From Candidatus Omnitrophota bacterium (GTDB taxonomy: Bacteria > Omnitrophota > Gorgyraeia > Aquiviventales > Aquiviventaceae): a stretch of DNA of 64,000 nt. The stretch covers positions 8,686 through 72,685 of the forward strand of contig JACPTX010000028.1 in the NCBI GenBank assembly GCA_016192545.1. Reading direction: 5' to 3'. Below, piece after piece: positions 8,573 through 17,194 of this stretch (position 1 is the first letter of the stretch; the number at the start of each line of letters is the position of its first letter). The translations under genes were made by a program, and so were the position numbers. The notes under the pieces are model-generated. The model was not told the origin of the DNA and did not search any database. It saw only the letters and a program-made list of their open reading frames with translations.

Positions 8573-9173
8573 AACCAGGCCGGTGAACTCGCCGCATCCC
8601 GAGCACATCAAGTCCATGGGGCGCCTGCTGGTGGACTGGGAGATCCGTGAGTACGCCAAAAAGTACCGGATGCTCGAGCCGTTCGAGGAGAGCCTCAAGC
8701 GGGAAGGCGTGATTTCCTACGGCCTGTCCTCGATGGGCTACGACATCCGCGTGACGGACGAGTTCAAGATCTTCACGAACATCAAGCAGGCGGTAGTGGA
8801 CCCCAAGCAGTTCAGCCCCGACTCGTTCATCGACTTCAAGGGCCCGGTCTGCGTCATTCCGCCCAATTCCTTCACGTTGGCGCGCTCGGTCGAGTACTTC
8901 CGCCTGCCGCGCTCGGTCATGGGCATCTGCCTCGGCAAATCCAGCTACGCCCGCTGCGGGATCGTCGTGAACATCACGCCGCTGGAGCCGGAGTGGGAAG
9001 GGCACCTGACCATCGAGATTTCGAACACCACGCCGCTGCCCGCGCGCATCTACTCGCACGAGGGCATCGCCCAGGTGCTGTTCTTCGAGGCCGGCTCGCT
9101 GCCCGAGGTCTCCTACGCCGACCGCAAGGGCAAGTACCAGGCCCAGCAGGGCATCACCTTGCCCCGCGTGTAA
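8550..9173 (+). CDS. dcd: dCTP deaminase
   Basis: Trimeric dUTPase-like fold motifs (GYDIRV..., ...[16 protein letters not shown]...[14 protein letters not shown]...). SD GAAAGGAG precedes ATG 8550. Confidence 0.85.
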   Translation: MDRYVDAETRPVNSPHPEHIKSMGRLLVDWEIREYAKKYRMLEPFEESLKREGVISYGLSSMGYDIRVTDEFKIFTNIKQAVVDPKQFSPDSFIDFKGPVCVIPPNSFTLARSVEYFRLPRSVMGICLGKSSYARCGIVVNITPLEPEWEGHLTIEISNTTPLPARIYSHEGIAQVLFFEAGSLPEVSYADRKGKYQAQQGITLPRV

Positions 9174-10078
9174 TGCTGTCAGTCCACGCGCCGGACTTCT
9201 CCCTCCGGCACACGCTTGAGTGCGGCCAGGCCTTCCGTTGGAAGTTCACCCCCGCCACCGGCGCCTACTACGGCTTCATCGCCGGGGCCGCGGTCCGCGT
9301 CCGCCAGCAGCACGACCACCTCGCCGTCGAGACCATTGACCCCAACCTGACCGCCGGGGACGTGCGGCGGTATTTCGCGCTCGACGTGGACCTCGGCGCC
9401 ATCCTGTCGTCCCTCGACGCGGACGCGCAGATCCACGAGGCCATCGCGAAGTTCCGCGGCCTGCGCGTCCTGCGCCAGGATCCCTGGGAGTGTCTCGCGT
9501 CGTTCATCTGCTCCGCCTTCAACAACATCGCGCGCATCGAGGGGATGATCGAGCGGCTGTCGGTCCACTTCGGCGTGCCGCTCGCGTTCAACGGGTTCCG
9601 CGGGTCCAGCTTTCCGTCGGCGGAGGTGCTCGCGCGCGTGCCAGAGCGGCGGCTGCGCGAGTTGGGGCTGGGGTTCCGCGCGCCGTATCTGAAGCGCACC
9701 GCGCGGCTCATCGCGGAGGGGAAGCTGCCGCTGGAGACGCTGCGGCGCACGGATTACGTGGTCACGAAGTCCGCGCTGCTGCGCTGCGACGGGGTGGGGG
9801 ACAAGGTCGCGGACTGCGTGGCGCTGTTCGGGCTGGAGAAGTACGAGGCGTTTCCGGTGGACCTGTGGATCGAGCGGGCGATGCGCTACTACTTCCGCGA
9901 CGCCAAGCCCACGCCCGCGCGGGTGCACGACTTCGCGTGGAAGCACTTCGGGCGTTACGCGGGCTACGCCCAGCAGTATCTGTACCACTACGTGAGGACC
10001 GCGCGCGAGCGGAGCGAGTCCCGAGCGCAGTCGAGGGACGCCGCGTCGCCTGGGGAGCCGTCCGCGGCCAATGCCTGA
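9173..10078 (+). CDS. HhH-GPD superfamily DNA glycosylase (8-oxoguanine glycosylase / AlkA-like)
   Basis: Helix-hairpin-helix plus Gly/Pro...Asp motif (...LRCDGVGDKVADCVALFGL...FPVDLWIERA...). Start ATG overlaps the dcd stop (TAATG). Confidence 0.7.
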   Translation: MLSVHAPDFSLRHTLECGQAFRWKFTPATGAYYGFIAGAAVRVRQQHDHLAVETIDPNLTAGDVRRYFALDVDLGAILSSLDADAQIHEAIAKFRGLRVLRQDPWECLASFICSAFNNIARIEGMIERLSVHFGVPLAFNGFRGSSFPSAEVLARVPERRLRELGLGFRAPYLKRTARLIAEGKLPLETLRRTDYVVTKSALLRCDGVGDKVADCVALFGLEKYEAFPVDLWIERAMRYYFRDAKPTPARVHDFAWKHFGRYAGYAQQYLYHYVRTARERSESRAQSRDAASPGEPSAANA

Positions 10079-10082
10079 GGGC

Positions 10083-10657
10083 TTACTCTTCGAGCAGGGT
10101 ATGGACGGTCTTGTTGAGGATGGCGCCGTCGCGGTCGATCTCGTAGATGATCGGCGCGCCGGTTTCGAGGTTCAGGCCGAGGACTTGCTCCTTAGTGAGT
10201 GTATCGAGGTCCATGACGATGGCACGCAGGCTGTTGCCGTGCGCGACGACGAGCACGGTCTTGCCGGCCTTGACCAGCGGCAGGATCTTCGCGGTGAAGT
10301 AGGGGATGGCGCGCGCGGCGGTGTCCTTGAGGCTCTCGCCCTGCGGCGGGGCGACGTCATAGCTGCGGCCTTGTTCAGCCCCTGCAGGGCGCCGTAGTGC
10401 CGCTCGTTGAGCGCCTGGTCCCGCTCGACGGGGACGTCCGGCTGGCCGACGGCGTCCAGGACGATCTGCAGCGTCTCCTGCGCGCGCGAGAGGGCCGAGG
10501 TGAACGCGCGGTCAATCGCGTAGCGGCGGATGAGCTCCGCGCCCCGGCGGGCCTCCTCGCGCCCCGCGTCGGTCAGGGGCACGTCAATCCAGCCCGTAAA
10601 CCGGTTCTCGAGATTCCATTGCGATTGCCCGTGGCGGATCAAGATGAGTGTCCCCAT
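10083..10657 (-). pseudogene. gpmA: 2,3-bisphosphoglycerate-dependent phosphoglycerate mutase, interrupted by an internal ~47-49-nt deletion/frameshift
   Basis: N-terminal 97 aa ([26 protein letters not shown]...[13 protein letters not shown]) read in one frame. The conserved C-terminal half ([23 protein letters not shown]...[14 protein letters not shown]...) reads in the +1 frame from ~10365. About 16 aa expected between them (AETAAKYGDEQVKIWRR-like) are missing. Confidence 0.7.
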
Positions 10658-10664
10658 ATGCGTC

Positions 10665-10710
10665 GAGGTGTCTGACGCGTCCTGAGCAATTCACCGGACG
10701 CGTCTGACAC
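10665..10710. promoter_or_regulatory. near-perfect 16-bp inverted repeat, each arm containing a motif-1-like half site (GGTGTCTGAC / GTCTGACACC), in the gpmA/ddl-like divergent region
   Basis: AGGTGTCTGACGCGTCC ...14 nt... GGACGCGTCTGACACCT. Each arm matches 10/13 of GGTGTCTGACACC. Confidence 0.35.
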
Positions 10711-10738
10711 CTTATTTTCATGATAACACAACTTCGCT

Positions 10739-10775
10739 TGACAAGCGATGCGGACAATGGTAAGAAAGAACCACC
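10739..10775 (+). promoter_or_regulatory. candidate sigma70 promoter for the ddl-like/kamA operon (TTGACA-17-TAAGAA)
   Basis: TTGACA at 10739-10744, 17-nt spacer, TAAGAA. Would give a ~150-nt leader. Confidence 0.3.
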
Positions 10776-10896
10776 AGATGAACACACACGTGATGGCCAC
10801 TCGATCGGTAGACGCTCGCGCGCTCTGTGGTGGAGCGCGTCGGGTGCTCTGACGATCAGTGCATCACCCGTGACACAACTGACCGGTCCAGGGACA

Positions 10897-10925
10897 GGGA
10901 CTCCCAGAGAGTCCCTTTTTGTTTG
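10897..10925 (+). terminator. intrinsic-terminator-like hairpin (GGGACUC-CCAGA-GAGUCCC + UUUUUGUUUG) abutting the ddl-like start codon; candidate attenuator/riboswitch expression platform
   Basis: 7-bp GC-rich stem, 5-nt loop, then a T-rich tract running to ATG 10926. No SD between hairpin and ATG. Confidence 0.45.
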
Positions 10926-11957
10926 ATGGGCTTCCGGGTCGGCTTGACCTACAACGCCAAGAGCGACTACCCGCTGAAGCCCGGCGACCCGCCGGACGCC
11001 AACGCCGAGTTCGACCACGACGACACGATCGGCGTGATTGAAGACGCGATCGCGGCGGGCGGGCACGAGGTCGTGCGCGTCGGCAACGCCCGGCAGGTGC
11101 TCGAGTGGGGCGAGCGGCTGAAGACGCTCGACATCGTCTTCAACATCGCCGAGGGCTATGAGGGGCGCAACCGCGAGTCGCAGGTCCCGATCCTGCTGGA
11201 GATGCTGCGCGTCCCCTTCGTCGGCGGCGACGGGCTGACGCTCGGCGTGACCCTGGACAAGATCATCACGAAGAAGCTCCTGCTCGCCGAGGGGATTCCG
11301 ACGCCGCGCTTCGTCGAATTGACCGACCCGGACCAGAGCTGGTCGGTCGAGTTGCCGTACCCGCTCATCGTCAAGCCGCGCTACGAGGGCTCCAGCAAGG
11401 GCCTGCGCAAGACCTCGCTTGTCACCGGCGCGCAGGAGCTCGCCCAGCAGGCGCGCTGGCTCATCGAGACCTACCGGCAGCCCGCGCTCGTCGAGGAATT
11501 CATCGAGGGGCGCGAGTTCACCGTCGCGCTCATCGGCAACGACCCGCCCGAGGTCCAGCCCGTCGTGCAGATTCAGATCGAAGGCCGGCTCGAGCTGGGG
11601 CGGCTCTTCTACACGTTCGACCACATCCGCTCCGGAGCCGACTACGTCTGCCCGGCGCAGATCGAGGACGGCCTGCGGCGCGAGCTCGAGGCCGTCGCGC
11701 TCAAGACGTATCAGGCGGTCGAGTGCCTCGACTTCGGGCGGGTGGACATCCGGGTGGACCGCGCCGGGCGCGCCTCCGTGCTGGAGATCAACCCGCTGCC
11801 CTCGCTGTCGACCGAGGACGTGTTCTGGTTCGTCGCCAGAGCGCAAGGGATGACCTACGAGGCGATCATCAACAAGGTGCTGGACGCCGCGCTCGCGCGC
11901 TACGGCCTCAAACCCCACAACGAGGGGGCTTCCGTATCAGCCAGACGATCGCGCTGA
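10926..11957 (+). CDS. D-alanine--D-alanine ligase family ATP-grasp protein (paralog 1)
   Basis: Ddl-like N-domain (MGFRVGLTYNAK...) and ATP-grasp core (PLIVKPRYEGSSKG..., EEFIEGREFTV..., ...VDIRVD...SVLEINPLPSL). Confidence 0.75.
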   Translation: MGFRVGLTYNAKSDYPLKPGDPPDANAEFDHDDTIGVIEDAIAAGGHEVVRVGNARQVLEWGERLKTLDIVFNIAEGYEGRNRESQVPILLEMLRVPFVGGDGLTLGVTLDKIITKKLLLAEGIPTPRFVELTDPDQSWSVELPYPLIVKPRYEGSSKGLRKTSLVTGAQELAQQARWLIETYRQPALVEEFIEGREFTVALIGNDPPEVQPVVQIQIEGRLELGRLFYTFDHIRSGADYVCPAQIEDGLRRELEAVALKTYQAVECLDFGRVDIRVDRAGRASVLEINPLPSLSTEDVFWFVARAQGMTYEAIINKVLDAALARYGLKPHNEGASVSARRSR

Positions 11958-12997
11958 CATACAATCTGAAACGCCAGGCGCAGGAAGCCGAGTCGGTGCC
12001 GTTCGACTTCTACTCGGAATTCGACTCGCCGGCCACGCTGGAGGCGATCAGCGGGGCCTTGCGCGCCGCCGGGCATGAGGTGCTTCTCGTCGAGGCCGAC
12101 GAGAGCCTCCCGCGCTGGTTCTTCGAGCATCCCGTCGATCTCGTCTTCAACATCGCCGAGGGCACCGGGGGCCGCCACCGCGAATCGCAGGTGCCGGCCA
12201 TCCTCGAGTCGCTGGGCGTGCCGTTCACCGGATCCGGCAGCACGACGCTCTCCCTCGCTCTCGACAAAGCGCGCACGAAACAGCTCCTGGCCTACGAAGG
12301 CATCCCCACGCCGGCCTGGCAGGTGTTCCGCTCGCCGGATGACCCGCTGGATCCCCGCCTGCAGTTTCCGCTCATCGTCAAGCCCAACCGCGAAGGCTCC
12401 GCCAAGGGCATCATGCGGGAGAACGTCGTGCAGGACGCCTCCGCGCTGCGCCGCCAGGTGCGGCGGGTCTTCGGGCGGTACCGGCAGGAGGTGCTCGTCG
12501 AGGAATTCATCGACGGCCTGGAGCTGACCGTCGGCGTGCTGGGCAACGACGTCCTGCAGGCGCTGCCGATCCTGGAAATCGATTTCGCCGGCTGCGAGCG
12601 GTCCGGGGAATTCTTCTACTCGTGGCGGATGAAGGAGTATGAGGGCAACAAGGAGCTCGGCTTGGACCCGGCGCACCACTGCCCGGCGCGCCTCCCGGCG
12701 GCGACGGCCGCGGCGGTCCAGCGCGTCGCGCTGCGCGTGCACCGGGCGCTGGGCTGCCGGGACCTGTCGCGCACCGACATCCGCCTGCGGCGCGACGGCA
12801 CGCCCTTCGTCCTCGAGATCAACCCGCTGCCCGGACTCTCTCCCCAGGACAGCAATTTTCCGATTATGACCACCGCCGCGGGGATCGCGTATCCCGCGCT
12901 GATCACTCATCTGGTGGGGTTGGCGCTGGCACGGTACCGTCAAGGTGCCCAGCCTCATGAGCTGTCACCGCTCGCGGTGAGCCGGTCAGCTCCCTGA
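11936..12997 (+). CDS. D-alanine--D-alanine ligase family ATP-grasp protein (paralog 2); start codon uncertain
   Basis: Homologous to paralog 1 from ...ISQTIALTYNLK... onward (PLIVKPNREGSAKG, EEFIDGLELTV, RTDIRLRRDGTPFVLEINPLPGL). No in-frame ATG/GTG/TTG near the conserved N-terminus. The frame opens at 11723 inside paralog 1; an ATC at 11936 is the nearest candidate. Confidence 0.65.
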   Translation: MSQTIALTYNLKRQAQEAESVPFDFYSEFDSPATLEAISGALRAAGHEVLLVEADESLPRWFFEHPVDLVFNIAEGTGGRHRESQVPAILESLGVPFTGSGSTTLSLALDKARTKQLLAYEGIPTPAWQVFRSPDDPLDPRLQFPLIVKPNREGSAKGIMRENVVQDASALRRQVRRVFGRYRQEVLVEEFIDGLELTVGVLGNDVLQALPILEIDFAGCERSGEFFYSWRMKEYEGNKELGLDPAHHCPARLPAATAAAVQRVALRVHRALGCRDLSRTDIRLRRDGTPFVLEINPLPGLSPQDSNFPIMTTAAGIAYPALITHLVGLALARYRQGAQPHELSPLAVSRSAP

Positions 12998-13026
12998 GGG
13001 ATGGGCGAGAAGGAGGGGCGTCTCCG

Positions 13027-14202
13027 GTGAACGTGGAAGCGTATCGGCGTATTCCCGTTTGGAAGGATGTGCCTCTGGAGGAATGGGAAACGTACGGATG
13101 GCAGATGCGTCACCGCATCACCACCGTCGAGCAGCTGCGGCAGGTCATCCACGTGACCCCGTCCGAAGAGGCGGCGGTCACGAAGCGGGACGGCCGCTTC
13201 ATCATGGGCATCCCGCCGTACTGGGCGGCGCTGATGGACCCGGACGACCCGACCTGCCCGATCCGGCGGCAGGCGGTGCCGCTGGAGGAGGAATACTACA
13301 CGAGCCCCAACGATCTGGTGGATCCGCTGGCCGAGGACAGCCACATGCCGGTCCCGGGCCTGGTGCACCGCTATCCGGACCGGGTGCTGCTCCTGGTCGT
13401 CGAGGTCTGCTCGATGTACTGCCGGTTCTGCACGCGCAGCCGCGTCGTCGGCACGAGCGCGGGGTTTTCCCGCGGCGCGAACATCGATGCCGCCATCGAC
13501 TACATCCGCAGCCACCGCAAGATCCGCGACGTGCTGATCTCCGGCGGCGATCCGCTGACGCTGTCGGATGAGCGGCTCGACGAGATCCTGGCCAAGCTCA
13601 AGGCGATCCCGCACGTCGAGTTCGTCCGCATCGGCACGCGCAACCCGGTGACCCTGCCGTACCGGGTGACCGAGTCGCTGTGCAGCGTCCTGAAGAAGCA
13701 CAAGCCGATCTGGATGAGCGTCCACTTCAACCACCCCAAGGAAGTGACGCCGGCCGTCAAGCGCGCCTGCGGGATGCTGGCGGACAGCGGCGTGCCGCTC
13801 GGGTCCCAGACGGTGCTGCTCAAGGGCATCAACGACCGGCCCGCGATCATGAAGAAGCTCTTCCATGAGCTGTTGAAGAGCCGGGTGCGGCCGTACTACA
13901 TCTATCAGTGCGATCCGGTGCGCGGGACCTCGCACTTCCGCACGACGGTCGCGACGGGCGTGCAGATCCTCGAGAAGCTGCGCGGGCACACGACCGGCTA
14001 CGCGGTGCCGACGTTCGTGGTGGACGCGCCGGGCGGCGGCGGCAAGATCCCCGTCATGCCCAGCTACGTCGTGTCGTACAAGCCGGGCGAGGTCGTCCTG
14101 CGCAACTACGCCGGCAAGGTCTACACGTATAAAGAGGAAGTGGGGACGGACGAGCGCGCAAAAGCCCCGCTGGCCGAGCCGTCCTACGCGCTCGCCGACT
14201 AA
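13027..14202 (+). CDS. KamA-family radical SAM aminomutase (lysine 2,3-aminomutase-like)
   Basis: CxxxCxxC radical-SAM motif in KamA context (...VCSMYCRFCTRS...), a GGDPL motif and a KamA-type C-terminal region. Confidence 0.85.
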   Translation: MNVEAYRRIPVWKDVPLEEWETYGWQMRHRITTVEQLRQVIHVTPSEEAAVTKRDGRFIMGIPPYWAALMDPDDPTCPIRRQAVPLEEEYYTSPNDLVDPLAEDSHMPVPGLVHRYPDRVLLLVVEVCSMYCRFCTRSRVVGTSAGFSRGANIDAAIDYIRSHRKIRDVLISGGDPLTLSDERLDEILAKLKAIPHVEFVRIGTRNPVTLPYRVTESLCSVLKKHKPIWMSVHFNHPKEVTPAVKRACGMLADSGVPLGSQTVLLKGINDRPAIMKKLFHELLKSRVRPYYIYQCDPVRGTSHFRTTVATGVQILEKLRGHTTGYAVPTFVVDAPGGGGKIPVMPSYVVSYKPGEVVLRNYAGKVYTYKEEVGTDERAKAPLAEPSYALAD

Positions 14203-14232
14203 GCCCTCCGGGTTGTCGCGGTGGGGTACCCT

Positions 14233-14278
14233 CGACCCTTGACATCCCAGAGGGTGACTCGCGGGATGTCAAGGGTCG
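14233..14278. terminator. perfect 16-bp inverted repeat (CGACCCTTGACATCCC / GGGATGTCAAGGGTCG, 14-nt spacer) after kamA; terminator or operator
   Basis: rc(14233-14248) equals 14263-14278 exactly. Followed by TTTCTCT. Contains TTGACA and the candidate ATG (14266) of the next gene. Confidence 0.4.
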
Positions 14279-14850
14279 TTTCTCTGATGATGAGACTCTC
14301 TCAGCTCATGATGGCGGTGGCCTTGTGCGGGATGGCCGGCTGCAGCCCGCCGGGCCAGTCCGAGAAGCTGCGCAAGGAAGTGCTCAGCGCCGATCCGCCC
14401 TTTGCCAAGGTCCTGGACCGGCGCGATGAGCTGGCCGACAAGATCACGCTCCTCCAGCGGGAGCTGGCCTTGAAGAAGAGCACGGTCGAGCGCCGGGTCG
14501 CCCAGCTGCGCGCCGAACTGCGCGAGGCGAAGCGCGAGGTCGCGCAGAAAGTCCGGCAGACCGCGGTGCAGCTGAAGCCGGAACAGGAGCGGGTCGAGCT
14601 GGCCGTCGGGAGGGCGGCGGAAGAGCTCAAGACCAAGCGGGCGCATCGCGACGGGCTCGCGCGCTCCATCAGCCGGATCCGCAAGGCGCTGGGGGACAAG
14701 AGCGCGACGTGGACGGCAGCCGACCGCTCCCGCCTGGCCCAGGAACTCGACGACCTGGCGCGGGAAACGCAGCGCCTTGACCAGGAGCTGGCCGTCCTCG
14801 CCAAGCACCTCCGCCTCCTGAAGGCCAAGCGCCTCCTCCTCCGTCTATAG
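14266..14850 (+). CDS. coiled-coil lipoprotein (lipobox ...LCGMAGC)
   Basis: Signal peptide plus lipobox Cys, then long Arg/Glu/Leu-rich coiled-coil. Alternative start ATG 14287. Confidence 0.55.
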   Translation: MSRVVSLMMRLSQLMMAVALCGMAGCSPPGQSEKLRKEVLSADPPFAKVLDRRDELADKITLLQRELALKKSTVERRVAQLRAELREAKREVAQKVRQTAVQLKPEQERVELAVGRAAEELKTKRAHRDGLARSISRIRKALGDKSATWTAADRSRLAQELDDLARETQRLDQELAVLAKHLRLLKAKRLLLRL

Positions 14851-14895
14851 AAGTGACCGTCACTTTTCCCGCTTTGCGAAGTGACTGTCACTTTT
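14850..14895. repeat. tandem pair of 18-bp palindromic motif GAAGTGAC(C/T)GTCACTTTT (motif 2), centres 28 bp apart
   Basis: Copies at 14850-14867 and 14878-14895; AAGTGAC-N-GTCACTT is a perfect palindrome. The first copy starts at the lipoprotein-gene stop (TAG 14848-14850). The second overlaps the GTG/ATG region upstream of pabB. Confidence 0.6.
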
Positions 14896-14919
14896 AAGGT
14901 ATGTTACAATAGCACGCCG

Positions 14920-16395
14920 ATGCCGTCGGGTTCTCCGCAGTCCTGTCCAGGGTTGCCGTCTGCCTGGTGCCTTGCCGTTGACGCGCCTCTTCCGCTCGCC
15001 GGAATCGTCGAGGCGGCGCGGGCGTCTTCCCAGTCCGTGGTGTGGCTCGACAGCGCCCGCCGGCACCCGGCCACCGGCCGGTACTCCATCGCGGGATGGG
15101 ACCCGTGGCTGACGCTGACCGCGTCAGGCCGCGCGGCGGTCCTGACCACCAGCACGTCCACGACGACGCAGGCAGGCAATCCGCTTGACCTCCTGCAGGC
15201 GGTGCTGGCGCGGTATCCCGGCCCCCGCCACGAGGCGCTGCCGCCGGTCGGATGCGGATGGCTCGGGGCGTTCGGGTATGAGCTGAATCGCTGGATCGAG
15301 CGGCTGCCGCCACCGCCGTCCCCCGCGTTGGACACGCCTGACCTGCTGCTCTTTGGGATGCGGCAGCTGATCGTCGTCGACCACGCGGCAGCCAAGAGCT
15401 GGCTGGTGATCATGGCGGATCCGCATCAGCCGGCCGCCCGCGCGATGCGCGAGGCCCGCGAGCGTCTCGACGCTCTCACCGCGCTGACGCGCTCCTCGGC
15501 AGCTGAACCAGCGGCGGTCTTGGCGGACGTGCAGGCCGCCGCCTCGGTGGACCCGACCATGCCGCAGGGACAGTTTGAGGCGCTCGTGCGGCGCGTGCAG
15601 GAGTACATCCGGGATGGGGAGATCTTCCAGGCCAACCTGTCGCAGCGGTTTGAAGCGGCGTGGCCCGGCTCTGCCTGGTCGCTGTACCTGGCGCTGCGGC
15701 AGGTGAACCCCTCGCCGTTTGCGTGCTTCCTCCAGACGCCGTCCGTGTCGCTGGTCAGCTGTTCGCCTGAGCGGCTGGTCGCGGTGCGCGGCGGCCAGGC
15801 GTCCGCCCGTCCCATCGCCGGCACGCGGCCGCGCGGGGCGAGCGCCGAGGAAGACGTGGTCAACAGCCTGGAGCTGATCCTCAGCGACAAAGAACGGGCC
15901 GAGCACATCATGCTGGTGGACCTGGCGCGCAACGACCTGGGGCGCGTGTGCCGGTTCGGCTCCGTGGGCGTGGATGAGCTGATGGTGCTGGAAGATTATT
16001 CCCACGTCATCCATATCGTCTCGAACGTCCTGGGGCGCGTGCGGGCGGGGGTCGGTGCGGTGGAGGTCCTGCGCGCGGTGTTTCCCGGCGGCACCATCAC
16101 CGGCTGTCCGAAAGTGCGGTGCATGGAGATCCTCCAGGAGCTGGAGCCGGTCGCGCGGGGCTTCTACACCGGCTCGGCCGGATGGCTGGGGTTCGACGGT
16201 TCGCTCGACCTGAATATCCTGATCCGGACCATGGTGATGCAGGGCTCGCGCGTCTCGTTTCACGTCGGGGCGGGGATTGTCGCCGATTCCCAGCCGGACC
16301 GCGAGTATCACGAAACCTTGGCGAAGGGCGCCGCGCTGCTGCACGCGCTGCGCGGTTCAGGAGCCATAATGGCGTCGGATGCAGGTGGTCGTTAA
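14920..16395 (+). CDS. pabB: aminodeoxychorismate/anthranilate synthase component I (chorismate-binding; PabB-like by context)
   Basis: Chorismate-utilising enzyme motifs (...SPERLVAVRGG..., PIAGTRPRG, ...HIMLVDLARNDLGRVC..., ...GGTITGCPKVRCMEIL...). ADC lyase and folC lie downstream. TACAAT sits just upstream of ATG 14920. Confidence 0.7.
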   Translation: MPSGSPQSCPGLPSAWCLAVDAPLPLAGIVEAARASSQSVVWLDSARRHPATGRYSIAGWDPWLTLTASGRAAVLTTSTSTTTQAGNPLDLLQAVLARYPGPRHEALPPVGCGWLGAFGYELNRWIERLPPPPSPALDTPDLLLFGMRQLIVVDHAAAKSWLVIMADPHQPAARAMREARERLDALTALTRSSAAEPAAVLADVQAAASVDPTMPQGQFEALVRRVQEYIRDGEIFQANLSQRFEAAWPGSAWSLYLALRQVNPSPFACFLQTPSVSLVSCSPERLVAVRGGQASARPIAGTRPRGASAEEDVVNSLELILSDKERAEHIMLVDLARNDLGRVCRFGSVGVDELMVLEDYSHVIHIVSNVLGRVRAGVGAVEVLRAVFPGGTITGCPKVRCMEILQELEPVARGFYTGSAGWLGFDGSLDLNILIRTMVMQGSRVSFHVGAGIVADSQPDREYHETLAKGAALLHALRGSGAIMASDAGGR

Positions 16396-17194
16396 TCCGC
16401 CCCGCTGGGCGCTGCCGGGGCTCGAGGCCGCCTCCGGTTGCTTCGAGACGATGCGGGTCTACGCGGGCAGGATGTTCCGCCTCGACGCGCATCTCGCGCG
16501 GCTGGCCGCGTCGACCAGATATCTCGGGGTCAAGCTTCAGGACCCCCTCCCGCAGCTGCGGCGGCGGCTCGTGAAGGCGTTGAAGGGTTCCGGGATCCCC
16601 GAGGCGGTCGTGCGGGTCGCCCTGATCCCGAACGGACGGCGCGTGGCGTCGGCCAGCATCGTCGTGCAGCCGGTGCAGCTGCCGGCGCCGGCATGCTATG
16701 CGCGCGGGATCCGCGCGGCGGTCGTCCCGACAAGGAAATTCCCGGTGAGCCAGATCGATCCGCAGTCGAAATTCTCCTCGCGGCTGGGCAGCATCCTGGC
16801 GGTCATGGAATCCCAGCTGCGCCGGGCGGATGAGGCGATCTTCATGGACGCGATGGGCTACGTGACCGAGAGCACCGCCAGCAATCTCGGCATCATCAAG
16901 GACGGCGCGTTCCTCGCCCCGCCGTGCTGGCTGGGGCTGCTGCCCGGCATCACGTGGCAGGCGCTCGTGGAGGCGGCGGCGCGCGCGGGCATCGCGTATC
17001 GGGAGACCCCCCTGACCCGGCATGACCTCTACAACGCGGACGAGGCGTTCCTGTCGAGCACGATTAAAGAGGTCTTGGCCATCACGACCGTCGATGGGCG
17101 CAGGATCGGGACCGGCAAGCCAGGCCCGTTCACCCGGCGGCTCCATCGGGCCTTCCGGCAGCTGGTGGAGGAGGAGCTGCATGGCCGCGGTTAA
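16379..17194 (+). CDS. pabC: aminodeoxychorismate lyase / class IV aminotransferase
   Basis: Fold-type IV PLP enzyme motifs (...ESTASNLGIIKDG..., ...LPGITWQALVE..., ...EAFLSSTIKEVLAITTVDG...). Overlaps pabB by 17 bp. Confidence 0.7.
   Translation: MQVVVNPPRWALPGLEAASGCFETMRVYAGRMFRLDAHLARLAASTRYLGVKLQDPLPQLRRRLVKALKGSGIPEAVVRVALIPNGRRVASASIVVQPVQLPAPACYARGIRAAVVPTRKFPVSQIDPQSKFSSRLGSILAVMESQLRRADEAIFMDAMGYVTESTASNLGIIKDGAFLAPPCWLGLLPGITWQALVEAAARAGIAYRETPLTRHDLYNADEAFLSSTIKEVLAITTVDGRRIGTGKPGPFTRRLHRAFRQLVEEELHGRG

Noticed and set aside
10827-10925. Upstream in-frame ATG (10827) extending ddl-like paralog 1 by 33 aa
   Set aside because: The extension (MVERVGCSDDQCITRDTTDRSRDRDSQRVPFCL) is low-complexity and absent from paralog 2. 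It would place a terminator-like hairpin inside the CDS. Treated as leader RNA instead.
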